From: Tubiluchus corallicola
Taxonomy: Eukaryota > Animalia > Priapulida
Direction: 5' to 3'
Assembly: GCA_030141605.1 (NCBI GenBank)
Contig: JAQGDQ010000368.1
Span: forward strand, 1 to 64,000
DNA: 64,000 bases
This document shows positions 25,289 to 38,759 of this stretch, one piece after another. The notes under the pieces are model-generated. The model searched no databases, had not been told where the DNA came from, and worked only from the letters and a program-made list of their open reading frames with translations. Within the stretch, counting starts at the first letter, position 1; each line of letters begins with the position of its first letter. Both the position numbers and the translations under genes were made by a program.

Positions 25289-28200
25289 ATCATTTTACTT
25301 TTACCATAGTTTACATAAGTACTTTATAGAAGAAAATGTTATCAATCAACGTTATTTACACAATTAGTAATAAAATAAGCATAATAATGGTAAAAAAATA
25401 ATGTGCCTAACCCAGCTATACCAATAGAAACCAAGTAATTCTGATAAAATATACAAGCAGTACATTCTTCTTGCAAATTAATATGTAACAATGTAATCTA
25501 GAATTGATTGCAACTGTGCTGTGCGTTTAAAAAATTAAAATCATTAAATTCTGAGCGTTTGATGTAGTTTCTAGCCATATTAATAAGTACCCGTTGGTTT
25601 CCTGTCAAAGCCTTTATGTTTCTCTAATGTGTCATTAATAAAAACACGTCGTTTATATGCAGCTAAAATAGTACAGCCATTAAAAAAACTCGCGATTCTC
25701 TTTCAGCTGCTTTTCATTAGTTAAGAAATGATCAAGTATGCTAAAGCCTTGTGATACATGATTGCTATCATGTACAGTGCTGCAGAACTGCGCCTATGGT
25801 TAATTACTGTTGGAGAAATCAATTAAGGTTCCAGCATTTCCGATTAATGCGATGTGCTACCCTGGACGTCCTCGTGTAGGTCGTGTTGAGGTTAACATAA
25901 TTACCTAGGAACATTGCAACGAAGCCCTGCAAATAAATGCTTTGTTATGGTAGCGTAATATGACTGCGACGTCTTGTAAATTACAAATGGGTAAAAATGT
26001 GCAAAACATGTAAAAAATAGGTTACATTTGAGAAGTAAGAGACGTTGGTTTTAAAGCTTGTTTGATTTATAATGCACAGTATAATGCTAATTGAAAAACC
26101 TGGATACATAATGTGGAAATTAAAAACCATTGTTAAAATGAATTGAATATGTAGCGCTTTTGATACTGTTTCCACGAACGAGAAAGATCAATTTATTGCT
26201 TTCGTTTTCCTAACAATCGACCCCTACTTTATGAAAACTAATTAGAAACTTTCTCATTTACAATACGTGCGATGTGGGCACGAATAATGCATTGGGTTTT
26301 GAAACAATACTTTTGTAATAAAACTGATGGCTTCACACCGCTGTTTCATATTCCAGCCAGGAAGCTTCAGTAAAAGACAATGTGGACTCTAATAGTGCTA
26401 TACATATGAAATGATACAAGGAAAATGTTTGGCATCAGCTATGGTGTACACTAAATGAATTAATCTTGCGAAATTTCCATTTAAAAATGAATGCAAGTGG
26501 CTTAATGTTTATTAATTTTAATAAATATTTTTTTCAATAATTCTTCTTGTCATTAAGAATAAAATTTGCCTTGTTCTGGTTTGACATTGTTACTTTAAGA
26601 CGCGTAGGATGGATCTCGAAGTAAATGTAAATAGTAGACAATTTGACAACATATCTTGACAGTCGATTTGTTTTTTTTCAGTTTGACCAAGTGTGTCACA
26701 CGTCCTGGAAGATGTGGGCACTGTCAGCAACCGCTGCTATTCGTTGGACTTTGCTGCAAATACTGCAGGTAATTACTAAAGCTTTGGTCGTTTCTAACAC
26801 CACAAAACTCTAATTAACAAGAATCTTGTCGCACCTTACAAACCAGTGTTGTTTAATCAGAGTTTTAACGACATGGCGTGCATGCAGCTGTATTAACGTT
26901 CATTCTTATTGAGCTAATTACTGCAAATGTCTCTCTATCATTTAGTATGGCATTCTGTATATTACATGTGTTATTAACACGCTCAATTTCACCAGACCTG
27001 GCATAGATACAAACTGACAGTAGATAATGTTACAATTTAATATAGTGAGGGGTAAAAATCAACGATTCACTTCTGAGTTAAGTGGCGATTATTCAGAAAT
27101 ATAGATGTGTGGTCTTCATCACTTTAGCTAATATTTTCTAGTCAAATTCAGAGCCGCAACAAAATGGTGCTGTATTCAGGGATGTGACATTGAGAGGGGA
27201 TATCAATCTAGCGAGGTCCTTCACGTATGAGCACATCACTACATTAATGCCCTGGTAAAAGTCATAATGCGTGCTGTTTTATTTTCAAATGCATTACCAT
27301 GCACGTTTAGCAAATACTCGGAGAAAACGAGCCCAGAGCAGTGGTTCACAAAGCAAATCAACTATTAGATTGATAATAATGATGGTACGAGTGATATCCA
27401 GGCACCCAACAAATGCACCGTGGATCAATAGCCGGGTGGTCTGGATCGTACAGCTAGTGTACATTTCTATGCAGACACATCGATGGCTTCATCATGTTCA
27501 GAGAAGCATGCAGTGTAAATTACCGCTGTTATACAGCTTGGAAAAAGTGACATTGTATGTCTTGTGCCAGACGATCTGTCGCAGCACCTGCTGCAGGTTT
27601 GAGTAATAATCTGCACGCAATGGCTTCAGTAGCAAAGATCTCTATGTGAAGCTTTTAGCTGATCAGTTTGCATAATGTTTATTGAAGACTATGTAGTTCG
27701 CCAGCCTTTGAGAAGAACTTGCAAGGTGGTACAAAAATTCGAGCTCATGACTATGATGATGATGATGATGATGGCGGTGGTGATGATGATGATGGTGATG
27801 GCGATGACGATAATGATGATGATGATTGTGATGGTGGTTACAATAATTCTGGCTCGAACAGATTGCACTTTGATGTAAAACATTTTCTTTGCGTAAACAC
27901 TCGAAGTGTATTACACATGTAATTCCCAGGCCCAGGAAAATTATCCGTGTAAAAAGGCTTCTCTAGCCTAGAGATTGTGCGTCCAAATAAACTGGCATTA
28001 GCAACCGGTGCTCAAAGTCGCTGGCGTGATTTGTGCAAAACACAGAAAATCCAAGGACTCGTCATTAAATTCCTCGTAAACTTATAAAAGCGTAAAATGT
28101 TAATCTCCCTAATAATACATTAAAGGCAAGGGGCACCTGGGAAAAACAGCTTAAATGATTGGCAGATATTTGTATCGGTTTATAATCTGCCATTAACAAT

Positions 28201-31200
28201 TTCAAGCACTTCATGAGCAAGCGAGGGAATGAATGAGTGCTAGCACGAACGAATAAACAATGAAAAACGAAACACACGGGTATTAAGAAAAAATGAAACG
28301 GAATGAACAAATGAATTAGAATTAGAATTAAAATTATAATTCGTTTATTTTTCATCTGTTAGTAAAAGTGCTACTACAGTGTCATAAAAATTGAAACAAA
28401 ATATAACATAATATTAATTTTCGTTGCTATGTATAGGTGAAGGGGTGGCAATGACCTAAGTTTATCGAGTCAGCCACTCCCATTAGGGAAAAAGAATTCA
28501 ACTGAAAGAATAAATTGACAAAGATAAAATGAAAACTGACGAAACAAAAGCTATAAAGGGAAAGTGATGAAAAACAACAAGAGAAGCAAGAAACAAGGAA
28601 ATAAACTGCACATTTTCTTCCGAATAAAGACTTAACTGATCTTTACACGCATCTGATGTCAATTTCAGCTTCATTAATTTACTTATTATTATCTTACAGT
28701 TTTCGTTGCCATGTGAAATGTGGTGATTCCCAGTCGGATAAATGTGTTTATCAAGTATGCTCACTATCCAAGATTTCTAAAAACACAGGTATATATGGCA
28801 AAATAATGTTTTGCTATTAATATAATGCATTTGATTCGTTGTTTTTGCTTAATGTTTTTTGCTAATAATATTTTCAAAAAGCCGATTGTTTTTAGTTAAA
28901 AGCAACACAACTTTGTTAAAACTTTTACATTAAGAAGTTAAAATCACAGTTTTAATAAGGATGTGTTGTTTTTAACTATAAATGTTTTTAAATGCCTGTA
29001 TTAAAAGTTGACCTATTATTTTATTTTTCTGCAACTTGAATGGGTAATAGTTTCAGTGCAAGTCATTCGTATTTGGTTTATTACAAATGTTTTTTTAGAT
29101 GTAAAGGTCTTAAGATTTTAGGAGTTTCAAGGTATTTTGCAAAACTGTGCATTTGCTTGCAGGTAAGGGATTGGCAGCAGCATTAGAAAAAAGAGAAATC
29201 AACAGGAATCACCTGCCCACTGCAAGTTGTAGTACATGGGCTAAGAAGTCTAGTGGGGCACGTCCCAAATCTCATGGCTCTTATTGCCGTTTCCGTCATT
29301 GGTTCCGCTCGCAGAGATCGGAAAAGCGACGTCTTCGCAGCACCGTTAGCGAACCTTTACGTTCACCTGTCTTATCGGAACCCTTCGTAGTGCAAGTGGA
29401 CGATGATCGCAGCAGTGCAGTAACAAGCATTCTGGGGGGAGGTAGTTTTTGCTCAACCCAAGAGAGGCCGAGTCATTTGGAGGTACCGAAACCTCACCCG
29501 AATTTGGTGGCCACGTGCAGCTGTCCATCGCCGAAAACAGCCAGAGCGGAAGCCACACCTAAGTTAATTAGTTACACCTGGCCTCGGCTTGGTCGCAGTT
29601 CACAGTGCAATGGTAAGTTTAAATTTGTTTCTTTTTCTGATTCTCACGTTTTAACTGTTAAAGCTTTAAAGTGACAAAGTTACGCGACTAAATTTTTAAA
29701 TTGCTTAATATAGCAGTTATAGTGTTCCTAATGTCCCTCATACAAGGCACACAATTTAATGTCTTGAAATCAACAACAACTTTACTAAACACTAATAAAC
29801 AATACTATAACAACAGATTTCACGTTATTGCAACCATGCCGTCCAGCTTCACAACGCTGAACTACTCGCTGAAGCAGTCGGACAACAATGCAACAAGTTC
29901 TGCCATCTACTAATTGCAACGTATACCTTTCAACAATACATTGCTTAAAAAATGTCGTACGTTCATCGGTAATTAGAAACACGAACAAAGACGTGATGAT
30001 ATTGAATTAACAGACATGCTAATTATTTGTAATACCAATTTTAGGATTATTTCTTAAACCTGTAATAAATTCGCATTTGCTGAACTTTTTAACTAAATTT
30101 GATCGAAAATAAATAACCTGAATCGGTCGAGAATGAGCTTAGATTTGCACAACGGACTTTTGCATTTAAACTCGAACAACATGACCAGAGGACCACAATG
30201 CCTCTTGTGATCATGACAGACTATTTCTGTTCAAAAACAGCTAAAGTCAACATTTCCAAGTATTAGAATTCTTATTCTGGAGGATCACCAACTAAACATT
30301 TTTATAATTGCACTATAAGGATGACTCACGATCAAAAAATCATCACTGAGCTTTGATTTAGTAATACAAATCCAATGCACTAACCACTAGACCACACAGA
30401 TACACAGATTGAGATCATAGCATGCGCTAATTCAGTCTTACTGGATAATCAGTCAAGCCAACATTTCCAAGTGTTGGCTTATTATGCTAAAGTGATCTGT
30501 AAACCCTTAATATGGCTGATAAGCAAAACTAAAACGTAAATTTGTGTGAAAATCTACTAAATCAAATAACGTGTCCATGAAACTCAAAATGTTATCATTA
30601 AAACGCTGCTTCAGTGGGCTGTAAGTATAATGGTAACGTACGGATTTTGTTATTTTGTAGATATTTTCAACGATGACGATGACTTATCCTCTGTCGTTGG
30701 ATATCACTTGGTTGAAGAAATTAAAGGTTCCCAGCAGACCAAGGACAGCCTATCTGAATGGTACATACCTTATGAGAAATTAGAGTTTCTTGAGATTGTA
30801 CGAAGAGGCTGCCAAAGTGCAACATACAGGTATGCTGATTTTGAAATAATCTTTATTTCATCAAGTTTGTAAAATTTTGCATTCATTCTGTCTCATTTTT
30901 TCAAATGAACATAATAATTGTTGCCAAAAGAAGAGGCTTTACTTATGTTTGCTGCGTTGGTACCGAAACGAAATCAATGTTTTATACCCAAATGGGTATT
31001 GATATTAAATGTATGACAGGTATGAAAATGCGCAGTTCGCTCCTACAATCTGAAACTTAAACTTAGAGGAAAACTTAAACTTGGCTTTTGCTTTGTAACC
31101 AATTGTTTCGTTTTAATTTATAGGGGAAGATGGCATGGTGACGTCACTTTGCACAAATTCACCAATTATGGAGAAGATGATGCAAATTCTTTCTGGGATG

Positions 31201-33559
31201 AAGTGAAACTGCTTACTAGAATCAGGCATGAAAACATTGCTTTGTTCATGGGCGTGTGTGTTGAGCCTTCTAATTTAACCATTGTCACCAGGTATATATG
31301 ATTCTGAGCTACATGTATGAAAGAAGAGTACAATTTCTCATTAAGGCGGCTTCACTTAGCCATTGGCAAATTCATCCCAGATAATTGCAAAAGAGAGGCT
31401 TTTGTTAGAAGACATTGTGAATTAAGTGTTGACAACTTGGCTTTTCTTTATGGTTATAGGCTACTGTTCTACTTGTGTAACTTCTAAGACATGTAGAGAC
31501 GTTGCATAACTACACTCCAATGTTTTAAGCAACATTGTTCATATGGTTGTAGTAGTTGGGAAAACAAATACATATTAAACCCTGCAATTATCAATGAAAT
31601 GTTTTCTGAGGTGTAGATAGTAATAAGTGCTTGCGTCTGTGGTAGTGTAATATAATGTAATGTAATGAAATATTGTAATGAGTCTGCTCCGTTTTTTTCA
31701 GTTAACAATCGTTCCCGTTCCAGTTAGTTTTAATTTTCTTGAAATTTTTCTACTGAAAAATTAGTTTTATTTGAATAACTTACAACTTTGCTTTAGAAAA
31801 TAATTAGCACTTTTTGTGTCATATGTAAACAATTGTGATTACTTCACTTTTCAGTGTGAGAAAAGGTGAATCCCTTCATCATTACATTCATCAAGGGAAG
31901 CAGCACATTCAACAGCATGTGAAACTCAGTATCATTCGCCAGATTGCACAGGGAATGAGTTACCTTCATGCCAAGGGAATTATCCTGAAAAGATTAAACT
32001 CCAAGAACATATTTTTGGAAACGAAAGTGAAGATCTGTATAGTTGACTGCGCCATGGTTGATGAAAATCGTGAAATGTAAGTGAAGCTGATCAGTTGAAA
32101 AATGAATACAGCCTAATATAACACTCACCGATTGTCAGATGTCAGACTTTTGTTCTTCTGATTTTCTTTTACTTCTTGTTTTGTAAGAGCCTCATTTTTT
32201 CTCTCTATTGACCCTCCCCTTTTCTCTCTCCTCCTTATTGTTTTTCTCTCTTCCTCTTTCTTCTGTCTATCACTTTCACATGCTTATTTATTTGTTCCTT
32301 TTTCTCTGTCCTCACCATCTTTTCTTGCTCTTTCTTCTGCTATCTCTCTTTCTCTCCCACCTCTTTCTCTAACTTCATGTTATATTCATGCAGTTTGGCA
32401 GCTTGTAATTTTGTGGTTTGAATAGCTGGAATTGTTTCTCAGAGGTTTGAACGATGTCCCTAATAGCACTCAGAATCATGTAAAATGCTTGTACATAATA
32501 ATTACGTAGTTTAGACATTTAAGAATATACATTAATAAAACTGGGATTTTGCTACTTGTTTAGACCTGACTGTGGAGTTGTAGCACAGAGTCATCTTTCT
32601 TACTACAGCCCAGAGCTGCTTTCAAGATTCAGTACTCAGTCTCCATACATTCCATACCAAATGCCTTACACCAAGGAATCGGACATCTATGCATTTGGGA
32701 CAGTGATATATGAAGTGCTCAGTGGAACATTCCCATTTCACCATCAACAGCCTCATGCTGTGCTTTGGCAAGTGTGTACAGGACGTCGACAATCACTGGA
32801 CAAACTAAAGGTCACTGGCCATCTAAAGGTAAAGAATACATTGTCATATGGACTTCTGTCCTTACTAACTGCTTCATTTTTAGTCACTGTTTTAACAAAA
32901 GATTCTTTGCTTTAATCATACATGCATATTTTATATTTTCAGACACTTATAACAGACTGTTGGGCACAAGAACAGATTTATCGACCCGAGTTTTCAGATA
33001 TCTTAAAGGATCTGCAAAATGCTGTATCAGTAAGTTTCATGTTAAATCTTTTGTTCTTCTCAGCTGGTATGAAACACGAGTATAACTGGCTAATTTGGAT
33101 AAAAGTTTTTAAATATTTAGATAAACTTATTTTGTGTATGTCAAAGACAATAAAACATTTCCCAAGGTTTCTGACATAGGATGAAGTAGATCTTATTTTG
33201 GACTTCACAGCAATGTTAGTATGAACAACAAACTTGGTTCCTTTTGCACAATTGAACTCAAAATTCTAGGTTTTGAGCCTCGCTCTCCCTTTGTTGGTAC
33301 TTTTGTACTGTTAATGAGTTATTAAATGGCTAAATATCTTACAATTGCCCGAGCATTTTAGCCATAGAATTTCTGTATAAAGCTGGGGCTGAGGTTGCAT
33401 TAATTGACAGTACTGCTGCTATTGATCTAAACTCCGCATGCAGTGCAATTTCAACATAATTTTTTTCACTTTCAGAGTGGAATTCACAAAAAGCACAGTT
33501 CTTCAGAACCAGAAAATCTCAACAGAATCAACACCAGTCCTCGATTGAGCTACATGTAA
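24974..33559 (+). CDS. KSR3: Kinase suppressor of Ras-family pseudokinase, KSR3-like (C1 domain + RAF/KSR kinase fold), ~561 aa
   Basis: Ten phase-consistent GT-AG exons: 24974-25038, 26682-26768, 28700-28788, 29163-29612, 30661-30829, 31124-31291, 31855-32076, 32564-32828, 32943-33029, 33476-33559 (1686 nt). C1 finger CGHCQQPLLFVGLCCKYCSFRCHVKC......C. Kinase motifs SLSEWYIPYEKL, GRWHGDV, RIRHENIALFMG, QIAQGMSYLHAKGI, SDIYAFGTVIYE and CW......RPEF. C-terminal HSSSEP resembles the RAF 14-3-3 site. Exon 1 is the least certain, and the KSR3 orthology is inference. Confidence 0.82.
25246..25286 (+). repeat. (TTA)n microsatellite
   Basis: Seen directly. Confidence 0.9.
27746..27840 (+). repeat. 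(GAT)n degenerate microsatellite in a KSR3 intron
   Basis: Seen directly. Confidence 0.85.
30300..30397 (-). mobile_element. Possible degenerate tRNA-derived SINE head
   Basis: Minus strand begins GTGTGGTCTAGTGGTTAGTGCATTGGA, an A-box-like tRNA 5' end. No intact cloverleaf. Confidence 0.3.
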
Positions 33560-36366
33560 AATTCCAGCTTGATGTTGAACCATTTGTCGATAGGTGGCGC
33601 CACATATTTTGCGTAAAACTTCACTGAAAATACGTTTGCATCAGAGAATGGTGTTGTTACCTACAATTATGATCGTAAATTAATTATGAGTTACGTGTGG
33701 TGTAATCCCTTTAGCAATAGCAATATCAGTAGCACAAGACTCATTATTATTTTTAACAGACCGGTAATTGTTAGTTGATTTTGTGTCTGTTGCGTAAAGA
33801 TTACAATAACTACAACAATAAACACAAAACGGTATTGTAAACAGAATAATTGTTAAAAAAATGCTAACTCGTTGTATTGGCAAAAGTCAGTTTTTGTTGA
33901 GAACTGCTTCATCGTATCCAACTGATTAATTTTGTCGATCTGAGTTCCAAAAAATTGGATATGATTTATTGTTATTTTTACAAACCCATAATATCATTGA
34001 CCAAATGAGGTTCACCAAAATAATTTAGTGTAGGAGGTGGAGTGCTCAAATGTTGCTCAAATTAGGTATTATAGCTTTGAAAACATTGTTTATAAGATAA
34101 TATGGGACCCATTTTTGTACTTTTTTTGTTAATTACAGAGTTACAGTTGGTAGCTATTATGATTTTGTTTAATTTATATTTGTAAATATTGTGGAGATGT
34201 TCGTATTTATTTGAACTCAGTGATAGTATAGGATAGGATAGAGCTGTTGTAATTGTTACTAGTTCTGTTCTTAATAAACAATATTTGAAAACAATTTTGA
34301 ACAGTACTTTTGTTGTCATAACATAGCCATTATGATGAAGGATTTTTGCTGTTTCATTTATTTTATTTTATTTTATTCACACCTTATAGTAAAATACAGT
34401 GTATAATAAAAACAATAAGGCATGTTGGCAAAAAACATACAAATACAATATTTACAAGAGTGTGGTAGAGATGCAAAGATACGAACTGCTTACATGTATC
34501 TATTATGTGCCAGAAATTTATGCATTTTCACTTTATTCAAGCGGCTTTTAAAGGACAAGAAAACGGGTACTTGAAGTAGGTTTCAGAAAAATCGTCCTAA
34601 AAAATTAGATTACTTTACAGCAACTTTATGGGTATATCATACTCGCGCTGAAAGGATTTCTTGTTTGTTTTTCACTTTAAATTTCCTGCAATACTGTTCC
34701 ACCTGCGCCATTACATGACGCCTTATACGCACGACGTAAATTAGGGGAAGAAAACGAAATGTGAAACTGTCCCTAATAACTTTCCATGCAAAGTGCTATT
34801 ACTTAGCATTTCGCTTACTTGCTTGAAAGACTTAAGTAATTAGAAAACAAAATTATTAATTATTTAAAATGTTTTCACCAAATGGTAAAATGTTTCTGAC
34901 TCCCTCCACGGTGCTCCACTCACTAACCTAAAAACGTATCATATTTTAATTTTATTGACAAGATACAGTCAATAAAATTTTACTTAGTTAGTGACGTGTG
35001 TGCTACGAACGCTCTGATTATTTCTTCAAATTTTATTCAGTGCTATCTAAAGCCTAAACTTGTTTCAAATGAGACATATACAGCATTATTGCCAACGCAA
35101 GCATTGAATGCCAAAAAGCAGTGCCTGAGTGGTATAAAATTTCAAGACGATTTTTTCAAGCTTTATGTAAGTAGGGGGTTTTCTTTTGCTTAATATTTTA
35201 TGCAGTAACGAGGGGTGAAAATCTGTATAGACAAAAGCTTCTTATTTTCCCTAACATTGCGTAAAGAAGCTAACATGCTGTCACGTAGAATAAACTAATC
35301 ATGTCGTATAGCTCTTTCGAATTTTGGTGCAAGTGTCATATTTCTTGTGTAATAAAAATAAGTTGTAGGCAAAAAATTTACTATTTCCCACTTTGATGTC
35401 AGCTTTCAGTAAAAGGGCGGTAGTGAAGCCTCCCAAATGTTTTGCCTCATGTATACGTACAGTTATGTCTAGTTTCCATGTCATCCGATAGATGGCAGGA
35501 GCGAGTAATGTAAATTTTGGCTGATTTAAAGGTACCATGACACCCTAGTAGACACTTGCTGTTAAAATTTTCTACTGATTCTCGTGATTAAAAAGGGGTC
35601 ATTTCTTTATAAACTTGTACATTTTGCTCTGATTTGCATTGAAACACTTCAAATTTGGCGCCATACAAACATCTTGCGAAAAAAGCAAAATCGGGGAAGA
35701 AAGCGGAGTGATATCACGTTAAGAACGACACTGCGCATGTGCGACTTTACCTGTATTTAGTTCTACATGTATTTACATGTGTGTACGATGTTCGATTCTT
35801 TTTTGCTTAAGTTTCTTTTTATAGTTACCGTGCATTTACATTTAGTTTCATTTAATTTCGGTAATCTTTGTTTTTTATTAGTAATCTTTATCACTAGAGC
35901 AATGTGTGAGAGCATGTGTAGAACATGCAAGAAGTGTCAACTCTTTTAAATTATATTAAATGAAAGGTTTATTAACTCCTAAAAAGACATTACTGCCTCG
36001 CAATGCAGTAAAAGCGAATAACATGAAAAACACAAGCGTTCTTATGTAGCGCACGTCTATAAAAGTTTTAACTTAATTTCGCATTCTTTACATAAGTAAA
36101 ATCACATGAAAAGGTCACCTTCAGCGAACAATCAGGAAAAATTGTAAACGCTGAATCAATTACAATTGTCATAAAAATGGCCTTTCTCACTCGAGACTGT
36201 AATGATTCAGTCATATTTAACAGGTTTGTCAGGTGGTAGTCAACTCATGCCCCTTCAAAAGTCTTTTGAAAGGGCCCTTAGGCTAACCAGGACTAATCAT
36301 CCGTCTGGAGCTTAATACGCCATTAACCATTTATGAACAACTTAGGCTTTATTTTATTATCATTAC

Positions 36367-36560
<194 letters not shown>

Positions 36561-36639
36561 GTTCAGACAGTTCAGCCTGTATGTGCTATCATTGTGCATA
36601 TTATTTATTCTCAAGCTTAGATTTTCTTCTTCAAGATCA

Positions 36640-37110
36640 GTAGCAGAGCGGAAAAAATCACATTTTCTTCTGTTGCTCTAGATATCTCATGTAGAAGTTG
36701 AGCCTCCATCCCTTATTAGAGCTTTTCATTGCTTCCTATCTGCATCAAATATTTTCAATTTCTATTATGCTACTGTTACGTTTGGTCTCAGCCACTGAAA
36801 ATCTTTATTAATTCTTGATATCCAAGCTATTTTTGGTTTTACCCGGAGCTCGTTTATAGTTCTCAGTGCCTAGTTAAATGCTAATCTTACTGGTGTTATT
36901 ACTAAATGTCCCAATAAGTGTCTTATCAATCTTAGCCTTTCAGATTGTAATTTTAGTGTTCCAATGTTCCTGTTTAGTTCGTTATGTAGCTACTTATTTG
37001 AATCGTCATAAGACCATTTTATTTTTAAGATTTTTCCTAGCAAACCTCTGTTGAGTACATCGGCTTTCGTTTCTATCAAATTCCAAATTTTACTACCGGT
37101 ACAATTCTTC
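36640..37110 (-). mobile_element. Degenerate RTE-clade LINE 3' fragment
   Basis: Broken minus-strand translation gives GSKIW, RGLLGKILKIKW, ERLRLIRHL, TPVRLA and AWISRINKD, which resemble RTE ORF C-terminal motifs. A related end lies at 49958-50130. Confidence 0.55.
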
Positions 37111-37257
37111 TAGAGACTGCATGGCAGAAAAGTCGGTACGTCTGGTCACCAGATAAAACTAGAAATATTGACCTTAACTGACACGTATCTTTACATTAGT
37201 TAACATTATTGTCAATGATTTTTAATATCTTCATTTCCACATTTTAGGACATATTTT

Positions 37258-38708
37258 CGGAGCTCGTAAGGTGACATTAGAAAAAAATTTGAAAAATCTT
37301 TGTGAGCGACCCCTCACACAGTATTGCGTTCCCTCTCAAACTTTTTACTTTCGCTCGCGAAACGTTTTCCGTTTTCTCGCAAAAAAGGTCTTCGGCTGTG
37401 GAGTAAACGAAGTTATCTGAACTTTGGTTGTCAATGCTGTAAATTGTCTATTTATATCATTACAATAATTTTACACGTATGTATAGGCCTATAAAAAGTT
37501 CCGCTTAATATCACATTTCGCTTTATTAATATTTACTAAATATGTATGGGCAGTGTGTGTAGGTTATTCAAACTCAATGAAAATGATGTTTGGTATAGTG
37601 AAACAGCACTTTTAGTACTTAAATTACTTTAATTAAAATTTTATTAAATTTCTATTTTCACTAAGTTTGTGAAAGTGGCATACCACCGTCGTTCTTCGAC
37701 TTTTACAAGACCAAAAAATTTCAAGAAGTTTATGTCGCGTAGGTGATGAGTCACAAACTAAAAAAAATATGCCAGAAATGTAAAAAATTGCACTTCATTT
37801 TGTAATCAAATGAGCAGCAGCAATAGCAACAGCAAAAAGTAGCAGCAGCAGCAACAGCAAGGGCCAAGAAGCAAGCAACAATAAATACGTACAAGCTAAC
37901 ACACTTATAGTATAGTATAGTATAGTATAGTATAGTATAGTATAGTATAGTATAGTATAGTATAGTATAGTATAGTATAGTATAGTATAGTATAGTATAG
38001 TATAGCATAGCATAGCATAGGATAGCATAGCATAGCATAGCATAGCATAGCATAGCATAGCATAGCATAGCATAGCATAGCATAGCATAGCATAGCGTAG
38101 CATAGTATAGTATAGTACAATACAGTGCAGTGCAGTGCAGTGCAGTGTAGTGCAGTGTAGTGCAGTGTAGTGCAGTGCAGTGCAGTGCAGTGCAGTGCAG
38201 TGCAGTGCAGTACAGTACAGTATAGCATAGTATAGTATTTAGAACACAAAACTACGGACACTTACAGTAAAATAAAAGCCACTCTATCGACAACGTTGTG
38301 AGACACCTTAAAATTACTAAAAACAATCATTTTACATATAAATTAAAACAGTAATTAAACAAACATTAAAACATATCATTACACTAGTTAAAAAATTTTC
38401 TTCTTTCTAGCATTAGGTGGCAGATTGTGACACTTTCTTTTAAACAAAATAGTGTACTGTAGTACAGTAGTACTTAATAAAAGTTCGTGTCTCTCGCATC
38501 GTTACGGGATTTCGAAATGCCACACTGCAAACGCTTTGTGAGAGAACGCCATAACTTCTGCTAAGGAACGCAGTACATTTTGCGCGGGAATGCAAAAAGT
38601 TTGCTAGGGAACGCAAAATTTTGTGAGGTGAACCAATATTTTGCAATGGAACGCAAAAGGTCGCAAAAATGTTTCAAATTTTTTCGTAATGTCGCCTTAC
38701 GAGCTCCG
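37258..38708. mobile_element. TIR DNA element (unclassified) with subterminal repeats, enclosing a pentamer satellite
   Basis: ~45-bp imperfect TIRs CGGAGCTCGTAAGGTGACATTAGAAAAAAATTTGAAA and their reverse complement ending at 38708 (followed by TA). Subterminal GAACGCAAAA/TTGCGTTCC repeats. Confidence 0.6.
37906..38236 (+). repeat. Compound pentanucleotide satellite (TAGTA)n(TAGCA)n(CAGTG)n
   Basis: Seen directly. Confidence 0.95.
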
Positions 38709-38759
38709 TACATGTTTATATATATATATATATATATATAATAATCTTTATTTGCCATT

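Noticed and set aside
29099-29162. Alternative acceptors upstream of KSR3 exon 4 / GTG-start ORF at 29147
   Set aside because: The exon 28700-28788 completes the C1 domain and ends in phase 1, which fits the acceptor at 29162.
30300-30397. Functional tRNA gene
   Set aside because: Only an A-box-like 5' part is present, with no B box or cloverleaf; at most a SINE relic.
34548-36260. TTAAAGG-starting Kolobok-like ends at ~34548 and ~35526 (also ~11527-12303)
   Set aside because: I could not identify matching opposite TIRs, so boundaries are unsupported.
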